Below are positions 18,033 through 28,501 of a DNA stretch of 64,000 nt, in pieces (positions within the stretch are counted from its first letter, which is position 1; every line of letters starts with the position of its first letter). A program made the position numbers and the translations under genes. This stretch comes from an uncultured Desulfatitalea sp. Lineage in GTDB: Bacteria; Desulfobacterota; Desulfobacteria; Desulfobacterales; Desulfosarcinaceae. The stretch is taken from NCBI GenBank assembly GCA_963668675.2, contig CAXXMB010000001.1:1056001-1120000 (forward strand). The letters are read 5' to 3'. The notes under the pieces are model-generated. The model did not search any database. It saw only the letters and a program-made list of their open reading frames with translations, and was not told the DNA's origin.

Positions 18033-19934
18033 TCATGCCCTCAAAGCGTCGCGAACCTTGTTGGACAAATCGGAAATTTTGAAAGGCTTGGAAATGAATT
18101 GAACGCCCTCGTCCAAAACGCCATGGTGAACGATAACGTTTGCCGTATAGCCGGACATATAAAGCACCTTTAGATCTGGTTTTATCAATTTCAGCCTTTC
18201 ATAGAGATCCTTACCGTTCATTTCGGGCATGACCACGTCCGTGACAAGCAAATCGACTGCGCTTTGTTTTTCGCCAAAAACAGCAAGCGCATCTTCCGGT
18301 CCGGCAACGGATAAAACTGTATATCCCAGTTGAATCAGACTCTCTTCCGTTACCTTGCGCACCAAGTCATCGTCTTCAACCAGAAACACCGTTTCCGATC
18401 CAATCACGGGGCCCTGACTTTCGGCTCTCTTCAACGGTGCGATTTCACCCGTTGAAACGGGTATGTATATCTTGAAGGTGGTTCCGCGGCCTGGTTCACT
18501 GTATACATTTATGAAACCGCCGCCCTGTTTCACGATGCCGTATACGGTTGCCAGGCCAAGGCCGGTACCCTTTCCGATCTCCTTTGTAGTGAAAAATGGT
18601 TCGAAGATATGGCTGAGGGTTTCCGCATCCATGCCGATGCCGTTGTCACTGACCGAAATCTGCACGAACCTGCCCGGTATGAATCCCATGTGTTCCCGGC
18701 AATAGGCCTCGTCCAGGGTCACATTGGCAGTTTCAAAGGTAAAAATGCCTCCATTTGGCATGGCATCGCGTGCGTTGACCATAAGGTTCATGAGAATCTG
18801 TTCAATTTGAGTCGGGTCAAATTCGATATTCGCGATATCTTGGCAAGGGATAAACTTAAAGGTGATATCTTCTCCTATTAATCGAGAGAAGTTGTCTTCG
18901 AAACTGCTGATAAGCTCGTTGACGTTAAATACTTTCAGTTTGAAAACCTGTTTTCTGGAAAAGGCCAATAGCTGCTGGGTAATATCTTTGGACCGCACGG
19001 CCGCGTTTTGAATCTTTTCAAGGTCGTGTATCAACGGATCGTTTGACGCGAGCTTGGATTTAATGATCTCCGAGTATCCCATTATGACGCCCAGCATGTT
19101 GTTGAAGTCGTGGGCGATGCCTCCTGCCAGACGTCCGATGGATTCCATTTTCTGGGACTGAACCAGTTTGGCCTCAAGCGTTTCCCGCTCACGATTCGCT
19201 CTCAACCGGTCGGATATATCTCGGACAAATGCGACATGGTACCTCTGATCATCAAAGACGACATTTTTGGAAGAGATCTCAACTGGGAATACGGAACCGT
19301 CTTTGCGCCGGTGAAGTCTTTCGAGCCGCGCACCCCCGCCTTTTTTCACTTTCTCCCAGTGGGGCCACCACTGCTCTTGCGTAAAATCCGCATCGATATC
19401 CCATATGTTAACCCGCATAAGCTCTTCCCGGCTGTAACCCAGCGAGCGGCACGCTTGGTCGTTGACATAGGGAAAACGACCTTCGTCGTTTATCCAGAAC
19501 ACTGCGTCGGGTGACGATTCCACCGTAAGCTGAAACCACCTGATGGCGCCCTCTTTTGCCAAGCGTTCAGATATATCGCGGACGATGGCCCACATGCCCA
19601 CCGGGTGATCATTGGAATCCCTGGTCAGGACGACCCTCAACTCCACAGGCACGATGCTGCCGTCTTTGCAGCGGTACTCTTTTTCAAATACATCAGAGTA
19701 ACCCCTTACCAGTACCTGTTCGTCGATGATGCGTTTCTCAAGCCCATGCCATTTCGAAGGCGTAAAATCGAAAAAACTCAATTCGAGCAGTTCGTTTCTT
19801 TGATAGCCTAACAGATCCAGAAAATGCTGGTTGGCTTCCGTAATCCGGCCCTCCATGTCGGTAGCCCCGAAGGCATCCATCATGTAAGCACAGAGTCGTT
19901 CGTACATGGCTTCCGGCTTAGTTAAACTGTCCAT
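18033..19934 (-). CDS. PAS-PAS hybrid sensor histidine kinase/response regulator
   Basis: Two PAS domains, LAGGIAHDFNN, NARDAM, GTGLGLATVYG and a REC domain (DVVMP). Start MDSLTK is chosen and uncertain. Confidence 0.92.
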   Translation of the reverse strand: MDSLTKPEAMYERLCAYMMDAFGATDMEGRITEANQHFLDLLGYQRNELLELSFFDFTPSKWHGLEKRIIDEQVLVRGYSDVFEKEYRCKDGSIVPVELRVVLTRDSNDHPVGMWAIVRDISERLAKEGAIRWFQLTVESSPDAVFWINDEGRFPYVNDQACRSLGYSREELMRVNIWDIDADFTQEQWWPHWEKVKKGGGARLERLHRRKDGSVFPVEISSKNVVFDDQRYHVAFVRDISDRLRANRERETLEAKLVQSQKMESIGRLAGGIAHDFNNMLGVIMGYSEIIKSKLASNDPLIHDLEKIQNAAVRSKDITQQLLAFSRKQVFKLKVFNVNELISSFEDNFSRLIGEDITFKFIPCQDIANIEFDPTQIEQILMNLMVNARDAMPNGGIFTFETANVTLDEAYCREHMGFIPGRFVQISVSDNGIGMDAETLSHIFEPFFTTKEIGKGTGLGLATVYGIVKQGGGFINVYSEPGRGTTFKIYIPVSTGEIAPLKRAESQGPVIGSETVFLVEDDDLVRKVTEESLIQLGYTVLSVAGPEDALAVFGEKQSAVDLLVTDVVMPEMNGKDLYERLKLIKPDLKVLYMSGYTANVIVHHGVLDEGVQFISKPFKISDLSNKVRDALRA

Positions 19935-20206
19935 ATGAAATCTCCAAAACGTGCCCGGCATACAACTGTCGTGAAATATATAAATTGCTACAGCACCCAA
20001 ACAGAGTGCCCGCAATCTGTTAAACTCAAGATAAAATGGAACGGTAGTGTCATTAGTTTTTCACGCTTTTGAGGGTTGTGTCAAATCAGTATAGGCTGTT
20101 ATTTTGATCGAGTTCTTCCATTATCTGATCACAGGTCGGTTTACCGAGTCCTTCCTTTTTTGCTCGCATTTTTATTTTATTCGGTTTCCCGGTTTTCATT
20201 TGATGC

Positions 20207-20303
20207 AGCCAATTGCGCTTCCATTTGATCTCCAAGCTGTATGAGCAAACCGGAGTGATCAATACCACCGACCTCAGTTTTGGCGAATGGCTTCAGGTGT
20301 TCC
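20207..20303 (+). pseudogene. istB: IS21-family IstB ATPase fragment
   Basis: FHLISKLYEQTGVINTTDLSFGEWLQVF matches the IstB C-terminal motif. Confidence 0.7.
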
Positions 20304-20548
20304 GCTGTTCCGCGGTGAGAAAACGACCAGGGAAAATAAACAGACCCATCGGACCGCTGCCGATCGGTTTCACCTCGAATCAAGCCCTCTACCTGCATAG
20401 ATGGCATACAATACTTATATCTGGTGATAGACAGCCGATATAAAGGTATCATCTATTAAATCGTGACACTATGGCTATGGATTTGACATGGATTCTCAAT
20501 ATGATTTAGATTGGCAATTAATCGAATCTATGCGGAAAAATATCAGTA

Positions 20549-20676
20549 TTATCAACCCGGCAATTAAATACACGTTGAATCGTCATTCCAGCGAAAGCTC
20601 GAATCCAGGCTCTCAGTGGATCCCGGATCAAGTGCGGGATGACGGAGGTTGGTCAATTTTATTGCCGGGTTAATAA
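20549..20676. repeat. MITE/REP-like miniature element, copy 2 (opposite internal orientation)
   Basis: TTATCAACCCGGCAATTAAA ... TTTTATTGCCGGGTTAATAA, with internal GTCATTCCAGCGAAAGCTCGAATCC and GGATCCCGGATCAAGTGCGGGATGAC. Confidence 0.8.
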
Positions 20677-20725
20677 TAAACCATACGATTCAACGGTAAG
20701 GCTCCAAATGAAAATGGGCTTGGTC

Positions 20726-21493
20726 ATGGCCAAAAGAAAATTGATGTGGGTTGGTGCTCTGGTATTGATATTGGTAAGCCCGCTGCCCACCCATGCCCAG
20801 TCTCCCTTGCGGATTGCATTTCCCGATTTCCCCCCCTTTCATTGGATTGATGACCATGGCAAAAAAAATGGTTTTTTCTACGAAATCATCACTGAAGCCC
20901 TGGATAAACGGATGGGAATTGCCACGGTTTGGACCGCTTATCCATGGCCACGTTGCCAGGCAAACCTGAAAGCCGGTAAGGACGACGCCATGCTGACCGT
21001 ACCCACCGAAGAACGTCTTGTATATAGCGTGACCCATAAGCGCCCTTTTTATAATAAATCACTCAATATCTTCACGTATGCCAATCATCCGCAATTGGCC
21101 GCAATAGAAAGCATAACCACCCTGCCGGACATTCATAAAGGAGACTTTTCCGTAATCACGTATATTGGAAACGGTTGGCACCATGAACATGTGCAGCCCC
21201 TGGGTATAAAAACCTACGAATCCCCGTACTTGCAAAACGTATGGAAAATGCTGGCCTCACATAGGGGGGATATTGTTATCGAGTGGCCGCCTGGGGCCTG
21301 GCCTGATATTTCGAAACTGGGCCTCGAAAATCAAGTCATTGATACAGGCATAACGGTGGCCAGCATGCCTTTTCATTTGCTGATTCGAAAAGGTGCCCCT
21401 CAGGTTGCCATTCTGGGAGAGTTTGATTCTACCATTTCACAAATGACCGAGGACGGGACAATAAGATCGATAATGGAGCGATATACATTTTGA
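20726..21493 (+). CDS. Periplasmic solute-binding protein (family 3)
   Basis: Signal peptide, DFPPF, YPWPRC...GKDDAML and TEERL motifs. Confidence 0.85.
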   Translation: MAKRKLMWVGALVLILVSPLPTHAQSPLRIAFPDFPPFHWIDDHGKKNGFFYEIITEALDKRMGIATVWTAYPWPRCQANLKAGKDDAMLTVPTEERLVYSVTHKRPFYNKSLNIFTYANHPQLAAIESITTLPDIHKGDFSVITYIGNGWHHEHVQPLGIKTYESPYLQNVWKMLASHRGDIVIEWPPGAWPDISKLGLENQVIDTGITVASMPFHLLIRKGAPQVAILGEFDSTISQMTEDGTIRSIMERYTF

Positions 21494-21527
21494 ACATCCG
21501 CGACTTTATTTCAAAAAAGGTTCAAAG

Positions 21528-23630
21528 ATGAAGATCAGACGGCTATTGCTCTACTGCACTCTTTTTCTTGTCACTTCGTTCTGCATCTTTGTTTTTATCT
21601 TTCAGAATAGTGTGCGCGCCAAGGCGGTTTCCCGAATCAAAAACCACGCTAATGTGATTGCCAGCTCTTTGTGGACGCTGGAAAAGTCCAGCCCCACCGC
21701 CTACCTGAACTTGGCGGTTGAAGCCAACGGTTATGATGAGATTGTCGTAATTGATGATCAGGGTGGCTTATTCCTGAAAATAACGGGCGATAAACCGAAG
21801 GGGATTGAACGCCCTTTAAGATCCCTTGGTCTAATCCTTACCTACCGGCTTGAATCTCCAGTTGTCTATGATGGTATGACGATAGGAAAAATTGCAGCGG
21901 ATTGGCCATGCCGGACGATTTATACTTATCTTAACGTCTTCTTTTGCATGGTGCTGATGTTAACGGGTATCGGGCTGTATTTAAAACTTCTCGATGTAAA
22001 TCGGTTTTTGGAGGATCGCGTTCAACAGAGAACCGCCGAGCTGAAAAAGGAAGTCAATGAACGCAGACGGGCCGAAGAGGAGCTGAAATCATACGCGCAG
22101 CGGTTGTCCATGCACGTTCTGAACACGCCGTTGGGAGTCATCGAATGGGACCAGGACTTCAGGGTTGTCGAGTGGAATAAAGCCGCAGAAAAAATTTTTG
22201 AATATACTCGCGAGGAGGCGCTGGGGAAAAGAGCCGATGATTTGATCCTGCCTGCCGATGAACGGGAAAACGTAGAGAACATTTGGCGGCAATTGCTTTT
22301 GCAAACCGGCGGTACACGATCCGTCAATACAAACTGCACCAAGAGCGGTCATATCAGGATCTGTGAGTGGCACAATACAAGTCTGACCGGTCCGAATGGA
22401 GCGGTCATTGGCGTTGGCTCCCTCCTCGAGGACATCACCGAGCGAAAACAGGCTGAACAGGAGAAGCAACGGCTGGAGGCCAAACTTCTTCAAGCCCAAA
22501 AGATGGAGGCCGTTGGTGAGTTGGCCGGCGGTATCGCTCATGATTTCAACAATCTACTTCAAAGCATATCGGGCTATACCCAGCTGCTGCTCATCGATTG
22601 CGTCCGTAAACAGGAAGAGTGCAATAGGCTTCGGGGAATCGAACAGGCATCAGCGAAAGCGGCTGACCTCATCAGGCGGTTGCTCACCTTCAGCCGGAAG
22701 ATAGAAAGTCATCTGCTACCGCTAAACTTAAACGATATCATCATGCAGATGAGAGACATGCTGGAACGCACGATTCCCAAGATGATCGCCTTCGAATACC
22801 ATCTCGATCCCGCGTTGAAGCAAATTGATGGAGACGCTACCCAGATCGAGCAGGTCATAATGAATTTATCCATCAACGCCATGCACGCCATGCCTGACGG
22901 CGGTAGAATCATCATTGAAACGGAAAATGTACATTTGGATCAGGATTATTGCCGTATCCATCTTGGTTCTCAGGAGGGTCCGCATGTCATTCTTTCCGTT
23001 AGCGACAACGGGATTGGCATGGATCAGGAAACAGTGACGCGTATTTACGAACCATTTTTCACGACCAAAGGGATTGGCCGTGGGACCGGGTTGGGTTTGT
23101 CCACCGTTTATGGAATTGTCAAAAGTCACCGTGCTCAAATCCAGTGTTACAGCGAACCGGCTAAGGGAACCAGGTTTCAAATATTTTTTCCGGCCAGGGT
23201 TGGCACGGTCACTTTCGAAGAAGGGCAACCGACAGAGGAACATATACCTGGTGGAACAGAGACCATACTACTGATTGATGATGATGATGACATTCGCGAT
23301 ATCGGTATCCAGATACTTGAACGCAATGGTTATACCGTGATGGACGCCGACAATGGGGAAGAAGGGTTGAGACTCTTTGAAGAGCAGCAAAAAAAAATCG
23401 ATCTGGTTATCCTCGACTTGAACATGCCGGGCATGGGCGGGTACAAATGCATGCAGGCACTCAAAACTATCGATCCGGAAACGAGGATTCTGATTGCCAG
23501 CGGTTACGCACCAAGAGGTGACATCCAGAAAGCGCTTGAAGAAGGGGCATGCGGTTATATTGTCAAGCCTTTTCAGCTTATCGATTTTCTTAAGCAGGTG
23601 CGCTTTGCACTGGATGCTGATGCGCAATAG
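21528..23630 (+). CDS. Membrane PAS hybrid histidine kinase
   Basis: Two TM segments, PAS, LAGGIAHDFNN, HATPase and REC (DLNMPGMGG). Confidence 0.92.
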   Translation: MKIRRLLLYCTLFLVTSFCIFVFIFQNSVRAKAVSRIKNHANVIASSLWTLEKSSPTAYLNLAVEANGYDEIVVIDDQGGLFLKITGDKPKGIERPLRSLGLILTYRLESPVVYDGMTIGKIAADWPCRTIYTYLNVFFCMVLMLTGIGLYLKLLDVNRFLEDRVQQRTAELKKEVNERRRAEEELKSYAQRLSMHVLNTPLGVIEWDQDFRVVEWNKAAEKIFEYTREEALGKRADDLILPADERENVENIWRQLLLQTGGTRSVNTNCTKSGHIRICEWHNTSLTGPNGAVIGVGSLLEDITERKQAEQEKQRLEAKLLQAQKMEAVGELAGGIAHDFNNLLQSISGYTQLLLIDCVRKQEECNRLRGIEQASAKAADLIRRLLTFSRKIESHLLPLNLNDIIMQMRDMLERTIPKMIAFEYHLDPALKQIDGDATQIEQVIMNLSINAMHAMPDGGRIIIETENVHLDQDYCRIHLGSQEGPHVILSVSDNGIGMDQETVTRIYEPFFTTKGIGRGTGLGLSTVYGIVKSHRAQIQCYSEPAKGTRFQIFFPARVGTVTFEEGQPTEEHIPGGTETILLIDDDDDIRDIGIQILERNGYTVMDADNGEEGLRLFEEQQKKIDLVILDLNMPGMGGYKCMQALKTIDPETRILIASGYAPRGDIQKALEEGACGYIVKPFQLIDFLKQVRFALDADAQ

Positions 23631-23687
23631 GACCCGCGAATCCGGGTTGATATGCGGCTCGGTCTCCCACCCAAAAAGGAAAAATCT

Positions 23688-24203
23688 ATGTATGCAATAG
23701 AAGATTGGAGCAAAGAGCGGGTCCACGATGTGATGCGAGAGGTGCTGTTCAGTTTCAACTATATGTGGTTCCTCATGGAAGAGTGGGCCAAAAATAACTG
23801 CCCTGAGAAGGTGCAGGGGGAGTCGTTTCAGAGCCTTTCCGAGGAGTTTGGGCGCTACGAGGCGCAGCGCCTGGAAAAGGTCGTTGACGATAAACTGTCC
23901 GGGGTGGATCGCTTGGTTGCATTTGTAAGGTGTTCCCACTGGTGCGCCTTTGAGGATATTGAGCTCACCCCGATATCGAAACATGGTCTGCGCATGCGGA
24001 CCTTAGGCTGCACTGCTCAAAAGGCTGCCCGGAAATGGGGATTGTCCCATTACGATTGCGGCCAGACCGGATTGCGGTTGCGCGAGGCCTTCTTCAGCCG
24101 CGTCATTCCAACTGCGACGGTGGAGCGTGTCTTTACCCCACCGGACGACAGACCGGCCGGAGCGCCTCCCGATGCGGCCTGCGAGTGGATGATATCTATT
24201 TGA
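23688..24203 (+). CDS. Hypothetical protein (DUF6125 / V4R-like)
   Basis: AAGGA RBS. WF...EA.RL...CTAQKAA...YDC...CEW pattern. Confidence 0.65.
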   Translation: MYAIEDWSKERVHDVMREVLFSFNYMWFLMEEWAKNNCPEKVQGESFQSLSEEFGRYEAQRLEKVVDDKLSGVDRLVAFVRCSHWCAFEDIELTPISKHGLRMRTLGCTAQKAARKWGLSHYDCGQTGLRLREAFFSRVIPTATVERVFTPPDDRPAGAPPDAACEWMISI

Positions 24204-24387
24204 TACGGGTCTATGGATTTGCAGAAGAGGATCGAATAAGCCGACCTTTTTCAAAGGGGGGCTTGTTTATCTGCTTAAGGTTTATTACAGGAAGCACGTT
24301 TTGCTTGAGCTATACAGAGAACCGTTTTTTTATTCGAGAGACTGGTAACGATTTGACTTTTTTAGGATTCCAAAGGGAGACAGGTGT

Positions 24388-24771
24388 ATGACGATTCAAT
24401 CCAATACAGAGCAGTTTAAAAAACTGGCCGCCAATACGAATGGTGAGCCGTTCGTGATGCTCAATCTGCTGAAGTTTAAAAAGGATGGCGGCCGGGAGGC
24501 CTATTTTCGCTACATCGCTGAATCGGGGCCTTTCGTTGAGGGTGTAGGCGCCAAGGTCATCTACTTCGGCAAGGCCAATGAGTTGCTCAATGGAACGGAG
24601 AGCTGGGACATCGTCATGCTCGTCCAGTACCCCTCCCGCAAGGCATTTCTTGAAATGGCCAACAACCCCGACTACATCAAAGTACACCAGAACCGCGAAG
24701 ATGGCTTGGAGCGGGCGGTTCTCTACGCAACCGATCCGGTCCACTTCAAGGCGATTCTGTCGGAAGAATAG
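24388..24771 (+). CDS. DUF1330-family protein
   Basis: PFVMLNLLKFK...WDIVMLVQYPSRKAFLEM...REDGLE. Confidence 0.85.
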   Translation: MTIQSNTEQFKKLAANTNGEPFVMLNLLKFKKDGGREAYFRYIAESGPFVEGVGAKVIYFGKANELLNGTESWDIVMLVQYPSRKAFLEMANNPDYIKVHQNREDGLERAVLYATDPVHFKAILSEE

Positions 24772-25084
24772 CCTCCAGATTCTCCATCTCATCCAATTGA
24801 GTTTATTCTGCCATCCGATGGGGCCGCCCGTATGCCCTCCCCTATCGGATTACCTGCCTTTTGGCATAGGCGGCGTTCGGGCATGGGCCACGTTTCAAGA
24901 TGGGTGCGTTCAAATCAACGTGCATGCCAAAAATGTAGCTGCCGAGTCGTTTTTGCATCAGTTTCCGGCCATCGCGGGTCGTGTTTCATTGACAGTGGCC
25001 CGCTTCTGCATAATTGTTCTCCTAAATCCTCTCGTTCGATTCATGGACATAATTATTATGGTTTTAAAACCTTAAGGAGCAAAT

Positions 25085-26068
25085 ATGAAAGCATTCGTAT
25101 GTACTGAATTCGGCCCGGTGGACAACTGTGGCGTTCAGGAGATTGATCCGCAACCGCCGGAGAAGGACCACGTCCTGATAGAAGTAAAAAGTGCTTCTTT
25201 GAACTTTCCGGACGCCCTGATGGTGGAAGGGCGTTATCAGGTCAAGCCCCCCCTGCCTTTCAGCCCGGGTATGGATCTTGCGGGCATCGTCAAGCAGGTG
25301 GGAGAAGAGGTCACCCATGTCTCAGCGGGCGACCGGGTGATCGCCTTCTCGGGGGTCGGTGCATTTGCCGAAATGTGTTTGGCGTCCAGGGAGAAGGTCG
25401 TTCCCATGCCTGATGGAATGTCTTTCGACGCTGCCGCAGCTTATGGGATTACTTATGCGACCGCCATCCATGCGTTCCAGGATTGCGGCAGGCTTAAACC
25501 CAATGAAACAGCGCTGGTATTGGGTGCTGCAGGCGGCGTCGGGTTGGCGTCTATCGAAGTGGCCAAGGCGATGGGTGCTCGGGTCATCGCGGCGGCCTCC
25601 ACCGATGAAAAGCTGGCCCTGGCTCGAAAGCTTGGGGCCGACATGACGATCAACTACAGCAATGAGAATTTACGCGCCCGTACCTTGGAACTTACCGATG
25701 GGAAAGGCGTGGATGTGATCTGTGATCCTGTAGGCGGCGACTATACCATGGACGCGTTTCGTGCGGCGGCTTGGGGCGGACGCCTGCTGGTCATCGGCTT
25801 TGCCGCCGGCGATATTCCCAAAATACCACTCAACTACGCCCTGCTTAGCGAACGTGAAATCGTTGGCGTTTTCTGGGGAGCGTGGGCTGCCCGGGACAGA
25901 GAGGGGCAGCGCCGCAATATGGAGACCATGGCCAGATGGTTCTCCGAAGGCAAGATCAACCCGGTCATCGATTCAACGGTTTCGCTGTCGCAGATACCCG
26001 AGGCGATGAAGCGGCTGACGGATCGCAAGGTGAAGGGCAAAGTGGTCGTCAAGGTTCAAAGTGAATAG
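25085..26068 (+). CDS. NADPH:quinone oxidoreductase-family (MDR) protein
   Basis: LNFPD...GRYQVKPPLPFSPG, LGAAGGVG, IGFAAG and GKVVV motifs. Confidence 0.92.
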   Translation: MKAFVCTEFGPVDNCGVQEIDPQPPEKDHVLIEVKSASLNFPDALMVEGRYQVKPPLPFSPGMDLAGIVKQVGEEVTHVSAGDRVIAFSGVGAFAEMCLASREKVVPMPDGMSFDAAAAYGITYATAIHAFQDCGRLKPNETALVLGAAGGVGLASIEVAKAMGARVIAAASTDEKLALARKLGADMTINYSNENLRARTLELTDGKGVDVICDPVGGDYTMDAFRAAAWGGRLLVIGFAAGDIPKIPLNYALLSEREIVGVFWGAWAARDREGQRRNMETMARWFSEGKINPVIDSTVSLSQIPEAMKRLTDRKVKGKVVVKVQSE

Positions 26069-26268
26069 CTCTTAGGCCAACGCATCGGGGGTTCGAAACA
26101 GATAACCATCGCGATCCTGACCCAAAATCGGTTCTACGCGATAGGTTTCAATATGACCCTTCACCAAAATCGAACTTGTATAATGTGACAAACCAGCATA
26201 TGGCGTTAATTCTTATGGATCATTGAATCGGTATAATATTAAGAGCGTCAGCATAAAGGAGCAGCATC

Positions 26269-26820
26269 ATGACCACTTCAGATCAGTTTACATTTTTCGG
26301 TGGCGGCCATCGCGGGACGGAAGAGGAGTTTGGCCAGCAATCAGAACAGTTCGGTGTCCGTGAAGTCAACTACTCATTCGAAGGGCACCGGCCGGCAAGA
26401 GAAAAGAACCTGACCCTTCTCTCCCCTGAAGCGTTGAAAAAAGGGGATATCAGCATGGAGATCGTCTCCATGCGCATGCATCGCAACTACGCCCAAGCCG
26501 ATAAAATCCGCAAGGTCTTTCAGTTGATATTTCACATGGTCAACAGTGGTCTGCAGGTGTTTGCGGTGGGCTGGATCCAAGCCGACGATACGGTTAAGGG
26601 GGGAACGGGTTGGGCGGTGGAACTGGGCAAGCTGTTTAACCGACCGCTAAGCGTTTTCGATCAGGACCGCAATCAGTGGTTTACGTGGAAGAACAATGCG
26701 TGGGTGGCAGACGAGCCTGTCATCGAGCATAAGACATTCGTTGGCACAGGCACCCGAAATCTAACCGAAGCAGGAAAGCAAGCTATCAGAGAGCTCTTTT
26801 CACGTTCATTCAAAGCATAA
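26269..26820 (+). CDS. Conserved hypothetical protein, SLOG/MoCo-carrier-like fold
   Basis: GGGHRG, VKGGTGWAVE, VFDQ and GTGTRNL motifs. AAGGAG RBS. Confidence 0.65.
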   Translation: MTTSDQFTFFGGGHRGTEEEFGQQSEQFGVREVNYSFEGHRPAREKNLTLLSPEALKKGDISMEIVSMRMHRNYAQADKIRKVFQLIFHMVNSGLQVFAVGWIQADDTVKGGTGWAVELGKLFNRPLSVFDQDRNQWFTWKNNAWVADEPVIEHKTFVGTGTRNLTEAGKQAIRELFSRSFKA

Positions 26821-26865
26821 GGTATTGCGGGGCAATAGACCTCGCGAATAGTGAGTTGTCAGAAA

Positions 26866-26900
26866 AACACCGGTTCTTTTGAGGCCGGTGTTCTGTTTTG
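26866..26900 (+). terminator. Probable intrinsic terminator
   Basis: AACACCGG...CCGGTGTT followed by T-rich tail. Confidence 0.55.
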
Positions 26901-27261
26901 ATCTTTCCAATTCAGCATTAAATCGCTTTTTGATATCCAATCTCCGGAAAACGGTTTGTCGATGAGGGGCTGGTCGGCCACCTCCATACTCTTTCCTTGT
27001 TTCACATCCCGTTTTACCAGCATTTCGATGGTTGATGCGATTAATAGTGCAAATCCAGATACAACCGCGCTCCTGAGGATCCATCCAGGAGAGGGCGCAA
27101 CTCCACGATCCGTAATCAGACAGCTCCGGTGCGTGAACGGGGAGCCTCAAGCCCTCCTGCGATAGAACCATCTACCCCTGGATGCTGATCTACCCACGGT
27201 TGATTAACGAGCAGGCTAAAGCAATGATGGTGCCCAGTAAAATGTGATTCGCCGGGCCGGC

Positions 27262-27633
27262 TTATCCTTTGGGAACCAACATCCGGCTTTTGCCGCTGTG
27301 TTCGAAGGCGATTTTGAAGCTGCTTCCGACATCATTCCAGATCTCCCTGATGGTCCAAAGCTCTGGCTGTTCGCTGCCGTTCTTGACCTTCAGGTTCACC
27401 TGATATCTGTCCATTACAATTTGATCGATGCTGACGGAATAGGTCTGGTCACCTACCTTTATGGATTTCGGTTCACCGGTCAGATTGATTTCAACTGCCC
27501 CGTTGTCCTGATTGTCCTGCCATTGACCGCTGACCTCTTTCAAAATATCACTTTTACTGGAACATCCGGTCAAGATCAGGCCTGCTGCAAAAATTCCGCA
27601 TAATATCAATAAATAGATGTGGTGTTTTCTCAT
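27262..27633 (-). CDS. Putative lipoprotein
   Basis: AAGGAG RBS and lipobox LILTGC. Confidence 0.75.
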   Translation of the reverse strand: MRKHHIYLLILCGIFAAGLILTGCSSKSDILKEVSGQWQDNQDNGAVEINLTGEPKSIKVGDQTYSVSIDQIVMDRYQVNLKVKNGSEQPELWTIREIWNDVGSSFKIAFEHSGKSRMLVPKG

Positions 27634-27839
27634 GACGTGTATTCTCCTTTTGCTTTTATTTGTTCTTTGTCGGCCTCTGCGACGTGGTCGGTTCCACGCT
27701 GTCAGAGGAGCAGAAATTCGATGATGCGATTTTTAAGTTCTAACGCCGATTATCGGCACCTGCCTTTAAATTGTACCTGGTACGCGAAGGTACGATGGCA
27801 CTTCAGATGATGGGTGTTACGCCTTATTCCGGCGGCCTT

Positions 27840-28250
27840 CTAAAAAAGGAAGGATTGCTTGTGAAGGTAATGCTTTTGTGTCCGGAATGAATTGTTAGAT
27901 GGCGAGCTGCCGCGCAAATCCGACTGAAAGCGTGCTTCAGAGTATGAGCTTTGGGAAAGCGCCAAGGGATGGAAGATGTCACGCTCCTCTTCCGGTTCGA
28001 AGAGAACCGGTTTCATGCAAATATCGATTGCAGGTTCGTGGTGATCTATCAGCATGTGTCCCAGGATTTCCTCTCCAGCGCTATTTTTGATAGCGCCATG
28101 CCCTCCTCTTATAGACAACGATGATTGCCCAAAGTGAAGATGGCAGGTGTGGATATGGTCCTGCCACATAGAGGTGGAGAGTGTAACAGAAAGGACCAAT
28201 AGCAACTCGAACCCATATTTAAGCAGTATGCAGACCCTGGAAATTTGCAT
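27840..28250 (-). CDS. Hypothetical His-containing protein with N-terminal hydrophobic segment
   Basis: 136-aa ORF with no recognised family. Confidence 0.4.
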   Translation of the reverse strand: MQISRVCILLKYGFELLLVLSVTLSTSMWQDHIHTCHLHFGQSSLSIRGGHGAIKNSAGEEILGHMLIDHHEPAIDICMKPVLFEPEEERDIFHPLALSQSSYSEARFQSDLRGSSPSNNSFRTQKHYLHKQSFLF

Positions 28251-28501
28251 TTTTATTATTATCCAGATATATTTTTTGAATTGAATTCAATATATGTCAT
28301 CAACTTAGTATTGTCAAAGACAAAAAGATGCAACCTGATGAAGGGCCCTATTTTAAGGCCCTTTATCATCTGCGTTTGACCAGTGAGGAGGTGCTATTGT
28401 TGGTCGGAGGTTCTCTATGCTCTATTTCGAATCATGCAGGAGGGGCTGGATATATGTGTGGCCAATACGATGTTTTTACGGAACTTTTGTGATATTCTCT
28501 A

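Noticed and set aside
26956..27240. Small ORF(s) downstream of the SLOG-like gene
   Set aside because: No RBS, motif or consistent frame.
27840..28250. DUF2946/RAPP-type stalling leader peptide
   Set aside because: Has His residues and RGSSP, but lacks CxxC and a true RxPP motif, and the downstream gene is not a metal transporter.
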